Assembly: GCA_029858205.1 (NCBI GenBank)
Contig: JAOUFM010000003.1
Span: forward strand, 210,936-274,935
Direction: 5' to 3'
Source: Deltaproteobacteria bacterium
Lineage (GTDB): Bacteria > Desulfobacterota > GWC2-55-46 > DRQE01
Length of the DNA stretch: 64,000 bases
Part shown: positions 20,590 through 28,538 of the stretch, piece by piece
How positions within the stretch are numbered: position 1 is the first letter of the stretch
How the letters are laid out: each line of letters starts with the position of its first letter
The notes under the pieces: model-generated
Databases searched by the model: none
What the model was told of the DNA's origin: nothing
What the model saw: only the letters and a program-made list of their open reading frames with translations
Made by a program: the position numbers and the translations under genes

Positions 20590-20775
20590 ATGGGTAAAGA
20601 GATAAAAATAAAGATAACACCCGACGGCAAGGTCGAGATAGATTCGACCGTGTTCAAGGACTGTAAAGAGGTGGCCGAACACCTATCGAAGGTCATAGGA
20701 AAGGTCGAGGTCTTCACCATAAAAGAAGAACACGAGCGCGAAGAAAAACTTCGCATAAAAAAAGGCGACAAATAA
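20590..20775 (+). CDS. Small hypothetical protein (61 aa), possibly DUF2997-like
   Basis: Begins 2 nt after the previous stop (translational coupling). 'KIKITPDGKVEIDSTVFKDCKEVAEHL...' with a Lys/Glu-rich tail. Confidence 0.35.
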   Translation: MGKEIKIKITPDGKVEIDSTVFKDCKEVAEHLSKVIGKVEVFTIKEEHEREEKLRIKKGDK

Positions 20776-20779
20776 GCAC

Positions 20780-21364
20780 ATGGCATCGTCGATATTCATA
20801 GACACGCACGCGATAATCGAGAGGTCGCGTGTAAACGGCCCAGGACAGAGGCTGGTGGTCTTTTTCCAGGGCTGTCACAGGAACTGTCCTGGCTGCTTCA
20901 ATCCGGCAACGCACTCAATCGGCACTGGCGTCAAATACGGCATACGGGAGATATTCGCGCGTTTCCTCTCTAAAAACGTAAGCGGCTTAACTGTTAGCGG
21001 AGGTGAGCCGTTTCTGCAAAGCGCGGCGCTCTGTGAACTGCTTAAAACCGCAAAACGCGAACACGGCCTTACGACCGCCGTGTACACGGGATTCACGATA
21101 GAGGAAATACGTTCATCAACGGAGCTTAGCCCTGCGCTCGAGCACATAGACGTGCTCATAGACGGGGCGTTCGACGAAAACAACACAGAAAGGACAACTC
21201 TTGCAAGAGGTTCCACAAACCAGCGCCTTCACTTTCTCTCCGGCGTTTATTCGATAGATGATTTTATTTTGCCAGGCAAAGCGGAGATAATAATCAACAA
21301 GGACGGTTCGGTGGTAGAGACCGGATTTTCGAAGCCGGCGGGAATAAACTCCATCCTCTTGTAA
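20780..21364 (+). CDS. NrdG-family radical-SAM activase (glycyl-radical-enzyme activating protein-like, single 4Fe-4S cluster)
   Basis: 'VNGPGQRLVVFFQGCHRNCPGCFNPATH' (CX3CX2C), 'GLTVSGGEPF', 'AVYTGFTIEEI', 'VLIDGAFDEN...RGSTNQRLHFL' are colinear with E. coli NrdG. Confidence 0.75.
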   Translation: MASSIFIDTHAIIERSRVNGPGQRLVVFFQGCHRNCPGCFNPATHSIGTGVKYGIREIFARFLSKNVSGLTVSGGEPFLQSAALCELLKTAKREHGLTTAVYTGFTIEEIRSSTELSPALEHIDVLIDGAFDENNTERTTLARGSTNQRLHFLSGVYSIDDFILPGKAEIIINKDGSVVETGFSKPAGINSILL

Positions 21365-21377
21365 AACGACCCACACC

Positions 21378-24161
21378 ATGACGATAGAGAACTTCTTCAG
21401 GGACAATTCCGGCATAGCGCGCACAAGCGCAGTTGAGCAGCGCGACGCGGCGCTAAAATACCTGCGCTCGCTGCCAGAGTCTAGCGACAGGGCCGAGGAC
21501 TTCAAATCGGCGTACGCGTACATACGAAACATCAGCGACGCCGAAGAAATGCGAAACGCACTCATCGAGCTTGCCATCACGATGCCAAAGCACGGCCCGT
21601 GCATGGACCTGTTTAAAGAAGTGTTCCCCGGCGCCATCAACTCCACAGACGCCATACCCGAGCCCATACACCGCAAATCAACGCTTACGCGCCTTGTAGA
21701 CTGCGTGCCCGACAAACCGGAGTACGCCGAGGCATACGCGCGCGTCGTGGAAAAATACATCGAGGCCGCAGACAAGATAGACGACCGCTTTGCGCGGCGC
21801 TACGCGCTTGCGGAAATTGCATCGAGACTCAAACACAGGGACGAATACGAAGCCCTCATGCTCCATGCCATGAAGGTGAGCCTCGGGTTTGCCGGCCTTC
21901 CGGGCTTTAGGCAATACTCGCTTCCCGAGATAGCAAGGGAACTTCCGAAAAGCTGCGACGTGGAGGTCTACAGAAACCACACATTCCTCGGGCTTGCGTT
22001 CTCGCTGCCGCACAGGGGCGAGTTCCTCGAACTCTTCAAAAAGGCCCTGACCACGGCCATCGAGTCAACGGAGCACATCGTTGAGCCGTATTACAAGAAA
22101 TACGCCCTTCTCTTCATGGCCAACAGGCTGCCCGAGACAGCAGAGTTTTTACCGCTAAGAAAGAGCGCTTTCAGGGCCGCCCTTGCCTCGGTCGACACGC
22201 TCGCCGACAGCTTCGCCAGGCAGTACGGATATAACGAATTCCTAAAGGACGTGCCAAAGACGCGCGAATTCTCCGACATACTGCTCGATACGGTCGAGAA
22301 GAGCCTTCCGTTCTTTTCTCTAAGAAGCCAGATGTCGGACTACGAGCCCATAGAGATACTCGACCGGATACTGATCGTCGCGGACAAAAAAATATCGGAT
22401 TCGAAGAAAAAACATTACACCCGCTTCCATTACGCCGATTTTTTCCTGAAACAGCTGAACCTGATAGCCGATAACTTAAACGATGTGCGCCTTCTGGAAA
22501 TTCTAAGGCCCTACACGCACGTATGGGTAAGGCCAAAAACTTTCAGGGACTCGATACGCAAGGTGTTCGACAAGGTCTCGTCCTTAAAAGGCAGATACCA
22601 CGGCGCCGAAGTAGAGCGTCCACTTTATGTCAGCGAGGCATGCCTCGGCATAGACAAACGAAGCCGCACGGCATCCGTTATGGCGGATACGCGCGAAGGC
22701 TACGCGCTCTCGATAGACCTTGGCGCCACCAATACCGTTGTAATGCTTAAAAAACCCGGGGCATTCCCGGAATTCGTCAACATAGAAGGATTATCCGAAA
22801 CCATCGGAAGCGTTGCCTTCATAAGCACGGCAGTAGACAAGAACAACGACTTGATAGGCGCTGCGGCGCCGGCCCAGTCGCGCTCGAACAACATAAAAAA
22901 ACTGTTCATGGAAGGCGACGAAGAGGGGCGCGAGCTCATCGAGAAGTTTTTCCGCATCCTGTACTCCAGAATAAAGGAATCTGTCGAGGTGCCCGGGTTT
23001 TTCAAGAAACTTTCCGGCAGGATTTTCGATACCGTTTCCGTGACAGTGCCGGTCGGGTATACGGATTACAGCGGCGAACTTACCAGAATCATCGAAAAAT
23101 ACGCGGGCAGCGCGCGCATAAAGCTCGTGGAAGAGCCGCTTGCTGCGGCGATAGGCTATAACGTGGCGGAGAAAAAGGAAAAATTCGTCCTTGTTCTCGA
23201 CTTTGGCGGCTGCACGCTCGACCCGATGCTTTTAAGGCTCTCTACCGACATGACACACGTCATAGCAAAGCCCGACAGATCCAAGATGCTTGGCGGGCGC
23301 GACATAGACCGCTGGGTGGCCGAGTACGTGAACGAAAAGCATAACCTTAGGACCAACCCTTCGGGGCACGAGGCCCTGACTGCGGCAGAGGCGCTGAAAA
23401 TAGAACTTAGCGCCAAAAACTCGGCGAAGTTCGTGTTTGGCGGCCGCGATATCGCGGAACTTACGCGCATAGAGTTCGAGGAGCTTCTCTCGCGCAGAGG
23501 GTTCTACAGCGACATAGACAGGGAACTTTCGAACGTGCTAAAAAAGGCTTCGAAGCTCGGCGTTTATAAATCCATGATAGAGGCCGTCATCATAACCGGG
23601 GGCTCTTCGCAGATACCGTCGTTCAAGGAAAAGATATCTCACTACTTCCACAACCTGGCCGTGCAAAACGCGATATACGACCACAGCCCGCTGTCGTCGG
23701 TCGCAAGGGGCGCGGCCCTCTACGGCACGGCCTCGGTGCTGGACCGCCACCTGGCCATGGCGTACGCAATAAAGCACATTGCAAGGGAAGAGGAAAAACA
23801 GTTTGCCTACGAAATCGTACTCGAAAAGGGCGAATCGCTTCCGTTCAAAAAGACCTTGCGCTTTACTCCTGCCATGACGCTCGGTGGACAGAAGGAAATA
23901 TTTCTCGAACTCTTCGAGGTGCCCGATTCCCTTATCGTACGGCGCTGGATATCCGAGGGCGGCATGGAGTTCATAAAGCAAATACTTAAGCACACGCCCG
24001 ACGAACTCGATCTGAGGGCTTTCAAGACCGTCACGCTTTCATTCGACGCTCCTATAGAAGGAAGCACAGACATCACATTTATAGTGGAAGAGAACGGACG
24101 ATTGAAGGTGCGCTACGAAAAAGACGGCCGCGAACTTGCAACCGACATACACCTTCAGTAA
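21378..24161 (+). CDS. Large Hsp70/actin-fold ATPase with a ~430-aa N-terminal alpha-helical repeat domain
   Basis: Hsp70 phosphate-1 'IDLGATNTVV', phosphate-2 'VLDFGGCTLDPML', adenosine motif 'VIITGGSSQIPSF', 'LVEEPLAAAIGY'; 927 aa. Confidence 0.75.
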   Translation: MTIENFFRDNSGIARTSAVEQRDAALKYLRSLPESSDRAEDFKSAYAYIRNISDAEEMRNALIELAITMPKHGPCMDLFKEVFPGAINSTDAIPEPIHRKSTLTRLVDCVPDKPEYAEAYARVVEKYIEAADKIDDRFARRYALAEIASRLKHRDEYEALMLHAMKVSLGFAGLPGFRQYSLPEIARELPKSCDVEVYRNHTFLGLAFSLPHRGEFLELFKKALTTAIESTEHIVEPYYKKYALLFMANRLPETAEFLPLRKSAFRAALASVDTLADSFARQYGYNEFLKDVPKTREFSDILLDTVEKSLPFFSLRSQMSDYEPIEILDRILIVADKKISDSKKKHYTRFHYADFFLKQLNLIADNLNDVRLLEILRPYTHVWVRPKTFRDSIRKVFDKVSSLKGRYHGAEVERPLYVSEACLGIDKRSRTASVMADTREGYALSIDLGATNTVVMLKKPGAFPEFVNIEGLSETIGSVAFISTAVDKNNDLIGAAAPAQSRSNNIKKLFMEGDEEGRELIEKFFRILYSRIKESVEVPGFFKKLSGRIFDTVSVTVPVGYTDYSGELTRIIEKYAGSARIKLVEEPLAAAIGYNVAEKKEKFVLVLDFGGCTLDPMLLRLSTDMTHVIAKPDRSKMLGGRDIDRWVAEYVNEKHNLRTNPSGHEALTAAEALKIELSAKNSAKFVFGGRDIAELTRIEFEELLSRRGFYSDIDRELSNVLKKASKLGVYKSMIEAVIITGGSSQIPSFKEKISHYFHNLAVQNAIYDHSPLSSVARGAALYGTASVLDRHLAMAYAIKHIAREEEKQFAYEIVLEKGESLPFKKTLRFTPAMTLGGQKEIFLELFEVPDSLIVRRWISEGGMEFIKQILKHTPDELDLRAFKTVTLSFDAPIEGSTDITFIVEENGRLKVRYEKDGRELATDIHLQ

Positions 24162-24168
24162 AACGCGC

Positions 24169-24654
24169 CTATGCGTGGGATTTAAGGATTTTCTCTACGA
24201 TGTTCGTGGTGGAGAGCCCTTTTACGAGCCGTATCCTGGCAACGCGCCCGCCGTTTGCCATAACAACGTCCTCGCCGACTATCTGCCCTTTTTTCCAATC
24301 AGCGCCCTTTACAAGGATATCCGGCTTTACCGCGGTTATGAGCTTAATGGGTGTTGAATCGCCAAAGAGCACGACATAATCGACAAATCCGAGCGCCGAG
24401 AGCACCTCTGCGCGCTCTTTCTCCGGAACTATGGGGCGTTTGTGGCCTTTGATGCCCCTTACGGAAGAATCGCTGTTTAGACCGATAACGAGCACATCGC
24501 CAAGCGATGCCGCCTTTTTAAGATACCTCACATGCCCGGCATGCAGGATATCGAAACAGCCGTTCGTGAAAACAACCTTTTTCCTCTTCGCCTTTTGCCT
24601 TTTCAGGCATGTAAGCAGTTTTTTAAGCCCTACGATCTCTCCCACGCCTCGCAC
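24169..24654 (-). CDS. rfaE: D-glycero-beta-D-manno-heptose-1-phosphate adenylyltransferase (RfaE/HldE domain II only)
   Basis: 'VVFTNGCFDILHAGHVRYLKKAASLGDVLVIGLNSD' cytidylyltransferase-like HxGH motif, 161 aa. Confidence 0.75.
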   Translation of the reverse strand: MRGVGEIVGLKKLLTCLKRQKAKRKKVVFTNGCFDILHAGHVRYLKKAASLGDVLVIGLNSDSSVRGIKGHKRPIVPEKERAEVLSALGFVDYVVLFGDSTPIKLITAVKPDILVKGADWKKGQIVGEDVVMANGGRVARIRLVKGLSTTNIVEKILKSHA

Positions 24655-24684
24655 CGCGCAATGTTCGACATTCGTATAACGATA

Positions 24685-25431
24685 TCACAGTTTGACTGCC
24701 ATGGCAAACGTGGCAACATAGACCGCTGCCCCGGCCCTGGCAAGCACCTTTGAGCACTCGGCTATGGTCGCTCCGGTGGTACACACGTCGTCGATGAGAA
24801 GAACGCGCCTGTTCTTTACCGCGCCCTTGTCCCTGAGCGCAAAGGCGTCTTTCACGTTCGCACTCCGCTCGTTGTGCTCGAGCTCGACCTGCGGCCTGGT
24901 GTGCCTGATCCTTTCGAGATTGTCGTAAGAAAGGCGTGCGCCAAGCCTTTTCGAAACCTCGCGCGCTATAAGAAGCGACTGGTTAAAACCGCGCTCCCTT
25001 AGCCGTTTTAAATGAAGCGGCACGGGCATGACCGTATCGAAGCCGCCTTCGCCAAGACCTTTCGCAGCCAGAGACACCCACTTGGCCATCGGCCGCGCAA
25101 GCTCGGTCTTTTTATTGTACTTTAAATCGCGCACCGCCTCCGCAACATTGCCATCGTAGAAAAACGCACTGCGCATCGCCTCGAACCAGCGCTTTTCCGT
25201 AAGACATTCGCCGCAGCTACCCGGCGTTTCTATCGCTCCGGCAAAAGGCCTGCCGCATTTTACGCAGTGCGCAGCATCGGATATCTTCCTGATACTATCG
25301 AGACAGGCATTGCAAAGCCAGCTGTCCGAAGCTGTCTTGCCGCAAAAGCGGCAGAGGTTCGGGAAAAACACGTCCAGAAAAGGCAGCGCAAAAGTTTTCG
25401 CCCTTTTTCCAAGCTCCGTTGCCGTTATCAT
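24685..25431 (-). CDS. comF: ComF/GntX-family phosphoribosyltransferase-domain protein
   Basis: N-terminal double zinc-ribbon (CRFC...CNAC, CVKC...CGEC) and PRTase motif 'VLLIDDVCTTGATI'. Confidence 0.7.
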   Translation of the reverse strand: MITATELGKRAKTFALPFLDVFFPNLCRFCGKTASDSWLCNACLDSIRKISDAAHCVKCGRPFAGAIETPGSCGECLTEKRWFEAMRSAFFYDGNVAEAVRDLKYNKKTELARPMAKWVSLAAKGLGEGGFDTVMPVPLHLKRLRERGFNQSLLIAREVSKRLGARLSYDNLERIRHTRPQVELEHNERSANVKDAFALRDKGAVKNRRVLLIDDVCTTGATIAECSKVLARAGAAVYVATFAMAVKL

Positions 25432-27026
25432 GCCAGGCCCCCTTTGGGCGCTGCAGGCAGCTTGACCGTGAACACCGAACCCTTGCCAGGCTTGCTATCT
25501 ACGAAGATATTGCCGCCGTGCTCCCTGACTATGCCCCTGCTAACGCTAAGGCCAAGGCCGGTGCCTACCCCAGGCTCTTTTGTCGTAAAGAACGGCTCGA
25601 AAAGCCTTGCCACCGTTCTCTCATCCATTCCCGTGCCCGTATCGCTGACACTTAATATGACATGACGTGAGTCAGGGCCGTCCTCGCACTCCGTTGCAAG
25701 CACAATCTCTCCGCCGCCAGGCATGGCGTCCCGCGCGTTGGCAACGAGATTTACGATTACCTGCTCGAGCCTGGTAGAATCGCCGATAACAGGCGGCAGC
25801 GTTCCTTTTTCAAACCTGACCTCTACACCGCTTTTCTTTAGTATCTCGCCAACGACTATGAACGCATCGTCGATAACGGCATTTAAGTCCACCTGTTTGT
25901 ACACGGGATTATCCTGACGCATGAACACGCGAAGATGCCCGACTACATTTTCCATCTTTCTTGCCGCAGAGTCTATTACTTTTAATTTTTCGAACACATC
26001 GGCGTCCATGCCTTCCTTTTTAAGAAGGTGCTGGGTAAGCCCGCTTACCACCGTAAGCGGCTGCCTTAGCTCGTGCGCGAGCACGGCAGACATCTCGCCA
26101 AGGGCCCTAAGCTTCGAGACCTGCGTCAGATGGTCCTGTGCCTGCTTGAGTTCGTTGTACGCGGCCTTCAAGTCCTTTTCTCCGTCATCGAGGATCTTTA
26201 CCATGCCAACAAGGCTGTCGACCACTTCCTCGTGCCTGCGCTCTCTTTGCTCAAGCTCCCTTTTTACCGCGCGCACCTCGCTACGTAACTCTTCGACCTT
26301 GCCCGTCTCCGTAAACACAATGACAAAACCGTCCCTTATGGTATCGAGTTTCATGGCAGCGGCCCGGATGCGTTTTTTTACTCCGCCGATTCTGGCTTCA
26401 ACGGTCATCGGGGAAGAACCAAGCACATCCATATCAACATCGCCCAAGACCTGCGCTATGTTTGGCCCCTTGGCCCCGGCATAAACGAGACCAAATGTAT
26501 CCAGAAACGTCTTGCCTGCATACAGAATGTTCCCCTTCGAATCAACGGCACAGACAAAAAAATCGCTCACAGACAAGGCCTTGCTTACTATCTCCACCTC
26601 TGCCTCCACGAGACCAACGGCCCTGCCAAGCATCGATACAAGCCCATCGTCTTTTCCGTGCTTTTTTGCCACTCCCGACATTTCAAGCCTGCTCCACTTC
26701 AATTCCAGCAAACTGCTTCTTTTAACGACCGCCGCTGCCCCGACAAACAACGTATCCAATATAGCCACTATCTTCTTCCAGAAAATAACGGAAAATACGA
26801 TACCGACCGCCAGGCCTACCAGGACAGAAAACCCAAAACTGACATATTGCGCCTGCTCCAGTATCTTTTCAGGCTCGACGGCGCCAAGTATATTCGAACT
26901 ATCCACATCCTCGACATAAAAAAGAAAAACAACCCTGGCGCCAAGGGCAATCAGCACAACGCCAAGCATTGCCGCCAGAATCGAAAGCGAAAGTTTTTTT
27001 CTTACATCCAAGAATTCTTTATGCAT
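25428..27026 (-). CDS. Sensor histidine kinase (membrane-anchored)
   Basis: H-box 'HELRQPLTVV', N/G boxes 'VNLVANARDAM', 'DTGTGMD', 'GTGLGLSVSRGIV'. Confidence 0.8.
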   Translation of the reverse strand: MHKEFLDVRKKLSLSILAAMLGVVLIALGARVVFLFYVEDVDSSNILGAVEPEKILEQAQYVSFGFSVLVGLAVGIVFSVIFWKKIVAILDTLFVGAAAVVKRSSLLELKWSRLEMSGVAKKHGKDDGLVSMLGRAVGLVEAEVEIVSKALSVSDFFVCAVDSKGNILYAGKTFLDTFGLVYAGAKGPNIAQVLGDVDMDVLGSSPMTVEARIGGVKKRIRAAAMKLDTIRDGFVIVFTETGKVEELRSEVRAVKRELEQRERRHEEVVDSLVGMVKILDDGEKDLKAAYNELKQAQDHLTQVSKLRALGEMSAVLAHELRQPLTVVSGLTQHLLKKEGMDADVFEKLKVIDSAARKMENVVGHLRVFMRQDNPVYKQVDLNAVIDDAFIVVGEILKKSGVEVRFEKGTLPPVIGDSTRLEQVIVNLVANARDAMPGGGEIVLATECEDGPDSRHVILSVSDTGTGMDERTVARLFEPFFTTKEPGVGTGLGLSVSRGIVREHGGNIFVDSKPGKGSVFTVKLPAAPKGGLA

Positions 27027-27032
27027 TTATAT

Positions 27033-28298
27033 TTACGTCTCTTCCCGAAAATCGTCCTTAACGCCCCGCTCTCGAAGCGTTTGGCTGCCGAATGTTCCGG
27101 CCTCCTGTTTATGCATTTCCCTTTTTACGGCAAGTATGGCCAGGTCCTCGAGATTCTTTATTGCCGCCTTCAGTTTTTGCTCGCTTTCCTCGGCCCTGAC
27201 CCTTGCCTCTACGGCCTCGTCCATAAGACGCTTTTTTTCGCTCACATCTCTGGCAACAAGCAGCGCAGACTCGATTTTTCCGCCCGATGCAAGCGGCACT
27301 GCGGTTATATCCCATATACCGTCTTTGCTGCCGCCAAACTCCCTTGGTTCCTGCGGCCTTCCGTCGAACACAGCGGCCAGGAACGCTTTATAATCCAAGT
27401 CCGCTGACTTATCCATGAAATCGCCAAAGCGCGCGCCAAGGAGCCCGCTGCCGCTTTTCTTTAAAAGCCTCATCGCCCCGTGGTTCGCGTACTTTATCCT
27501 GCCGGCCCGGTCAAGTTCTACAACGCAGTCGGGCAATGACTCGAGTATCTCAATATAATGCGCTATGGAGTCCTTCAGCATAGCAACTGCCGCGTTATAA
27601 TATGCCGCGATATCGGCCAACTCGACAGTTCCTTTTTCGTCAAGTTGATAATTATAATTACCTTTGGCAAGGCACTCCATGCCAAGAACCGTGTTTTCAA
27701 GCGGCTCGACAACGATTCTACGATTAATAAGATACATTATCAAAAAACACACAACGAAGAATACGGCAAAGGCCGCTGTCATGGTCTTCATTCGCATGAC
27801 ATTTGCCGCATAATGCGCGGACATAAGCCGCACATTATCGTCTATCTGGTTTATCAGGCCCGGAATCAATACATCGAGGATCTCCGTCCGCTTACTTCTG
27901 CTGACTTTCTTATCTTTAAACTCCTTTAATGCGGTCTTTACGTTCCCCCAGCCCGCCTCAGTTGCATTAAGGCTTTTTATTATTTCCTCATTCTCGGCAA
28001 AACCCGATGTTCCATACCTGGCATCTCCGTGCTTGAGGCCATAGAGAACGCTGTCTACCTGCCCGATGTTTTCATCCAGCGCATGGGAAATTCTATCAAA
28101 TTCAGCCTCCGAAGCATTCACAGACCTTAAAACAAGATTCTGTATAGACACTACGAAAAACCTCTGACGCCCCACAAGGTTTATTTCCCCATGGCTGCCG
28201 TGGAGCGTATTAACCGTATTGACCATTAACGCAAAAAATATAATGGCAATAAGCAACAACACTCCTATGAATGATTTTGCCAGATTGGCGGATTTCAT
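27033..28298 (-). CDS. Membrane sensor protein: periplasmic PilJ/NarX-like 4-helix sensing domain, TM, cytoplasmic PAS and coiled coil, with no output domain
   Basis: 'GEINLVGRQRFFVVSIQN' (PilJ/NIT-like), PAS 'LESLPDCVVELDRAGRIKYANHGAMRLL'. It is only 6 nt upstream of the kinase. Confidence 0.6.
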   Translation of the reverse strand: MKSANLAKSFIGVLLLIAIIFFALMVNTVNTLHGSHGEINLVGRQRFFVVSIQNLVLRSVNASEAEFDRISHALDENIGQVDSVLYGLKHGDARYGTSGFAENEEIIKSLNATEAGWGNVKTALKEFKDKKVSRSKRTEILDVLIPGLINQIDDNVRLMSAHYAANVMRMKTMTAAFAVFFVVCFLIMYLINRRIVVEPLENTVLGMECLAKGNYNYQLDEKGTVELADIAAYYNAAVAMLKDSIAHYIEILESLPDCVVELDRAGRIKYANHGAMRLLKKSGSGLLGARFGDFMDKSADLDYKAFLAAVFDGRPQEPREFGGSKDGIWDITAVPLASGGKIESALLVARDVSEKKRLMDEAVEARVRAEESEQKLKAAIKNLEDLAILAVKREMHKQEAGTFGSQTLRERGVKDDFREET

Positions 28299-28538
28299 AG
28301 GCCCTATAAAATCAATTTTTATGTATAAATCGGTTTGGTTTTTAAGGAAACGTTTAGCTGCGCTACTTACTGTATAATTATACCAAATATTATTATTATA
28401 TCAAGCCGTAATTCCGGCTCAGGTATATCAATTAACGTTCCTGCGTAAGCTCATAAAAAACTTTCATTTAAATTGCCGCTATGTTATCCTTTTATTCTTA
28501 AAGTATAGCGTAAAACTTACGCGCCAAATCGGACAACC

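Noticed and set aside
20780-21364. Calling this gene nrdG (anaerobic ribonucleotide reductase activase)
   Set aside because: No nrdD or any glycyl-radical enzyme is adjacent, and it is embedded in an unrelated cassette. It is annotated by family only.
21378-24161. Calling this gene dnaK/hscA/hscC
   Set aside because: The 430-aa N-terminal helical extension, the atypical C-terminus, and the absence of dnaJ/grpE neighbours argue against a canonical chaperone.
25921-27407. Plus-strand ORFs of 187, 135 and 249 aa overlapping the histidine kinase and sensor genes
   Set aside because: They are antisense to genes with clear HisKA/HATPase and PAS motifs. They are Ser/Thr/Pro-rich with no motif.
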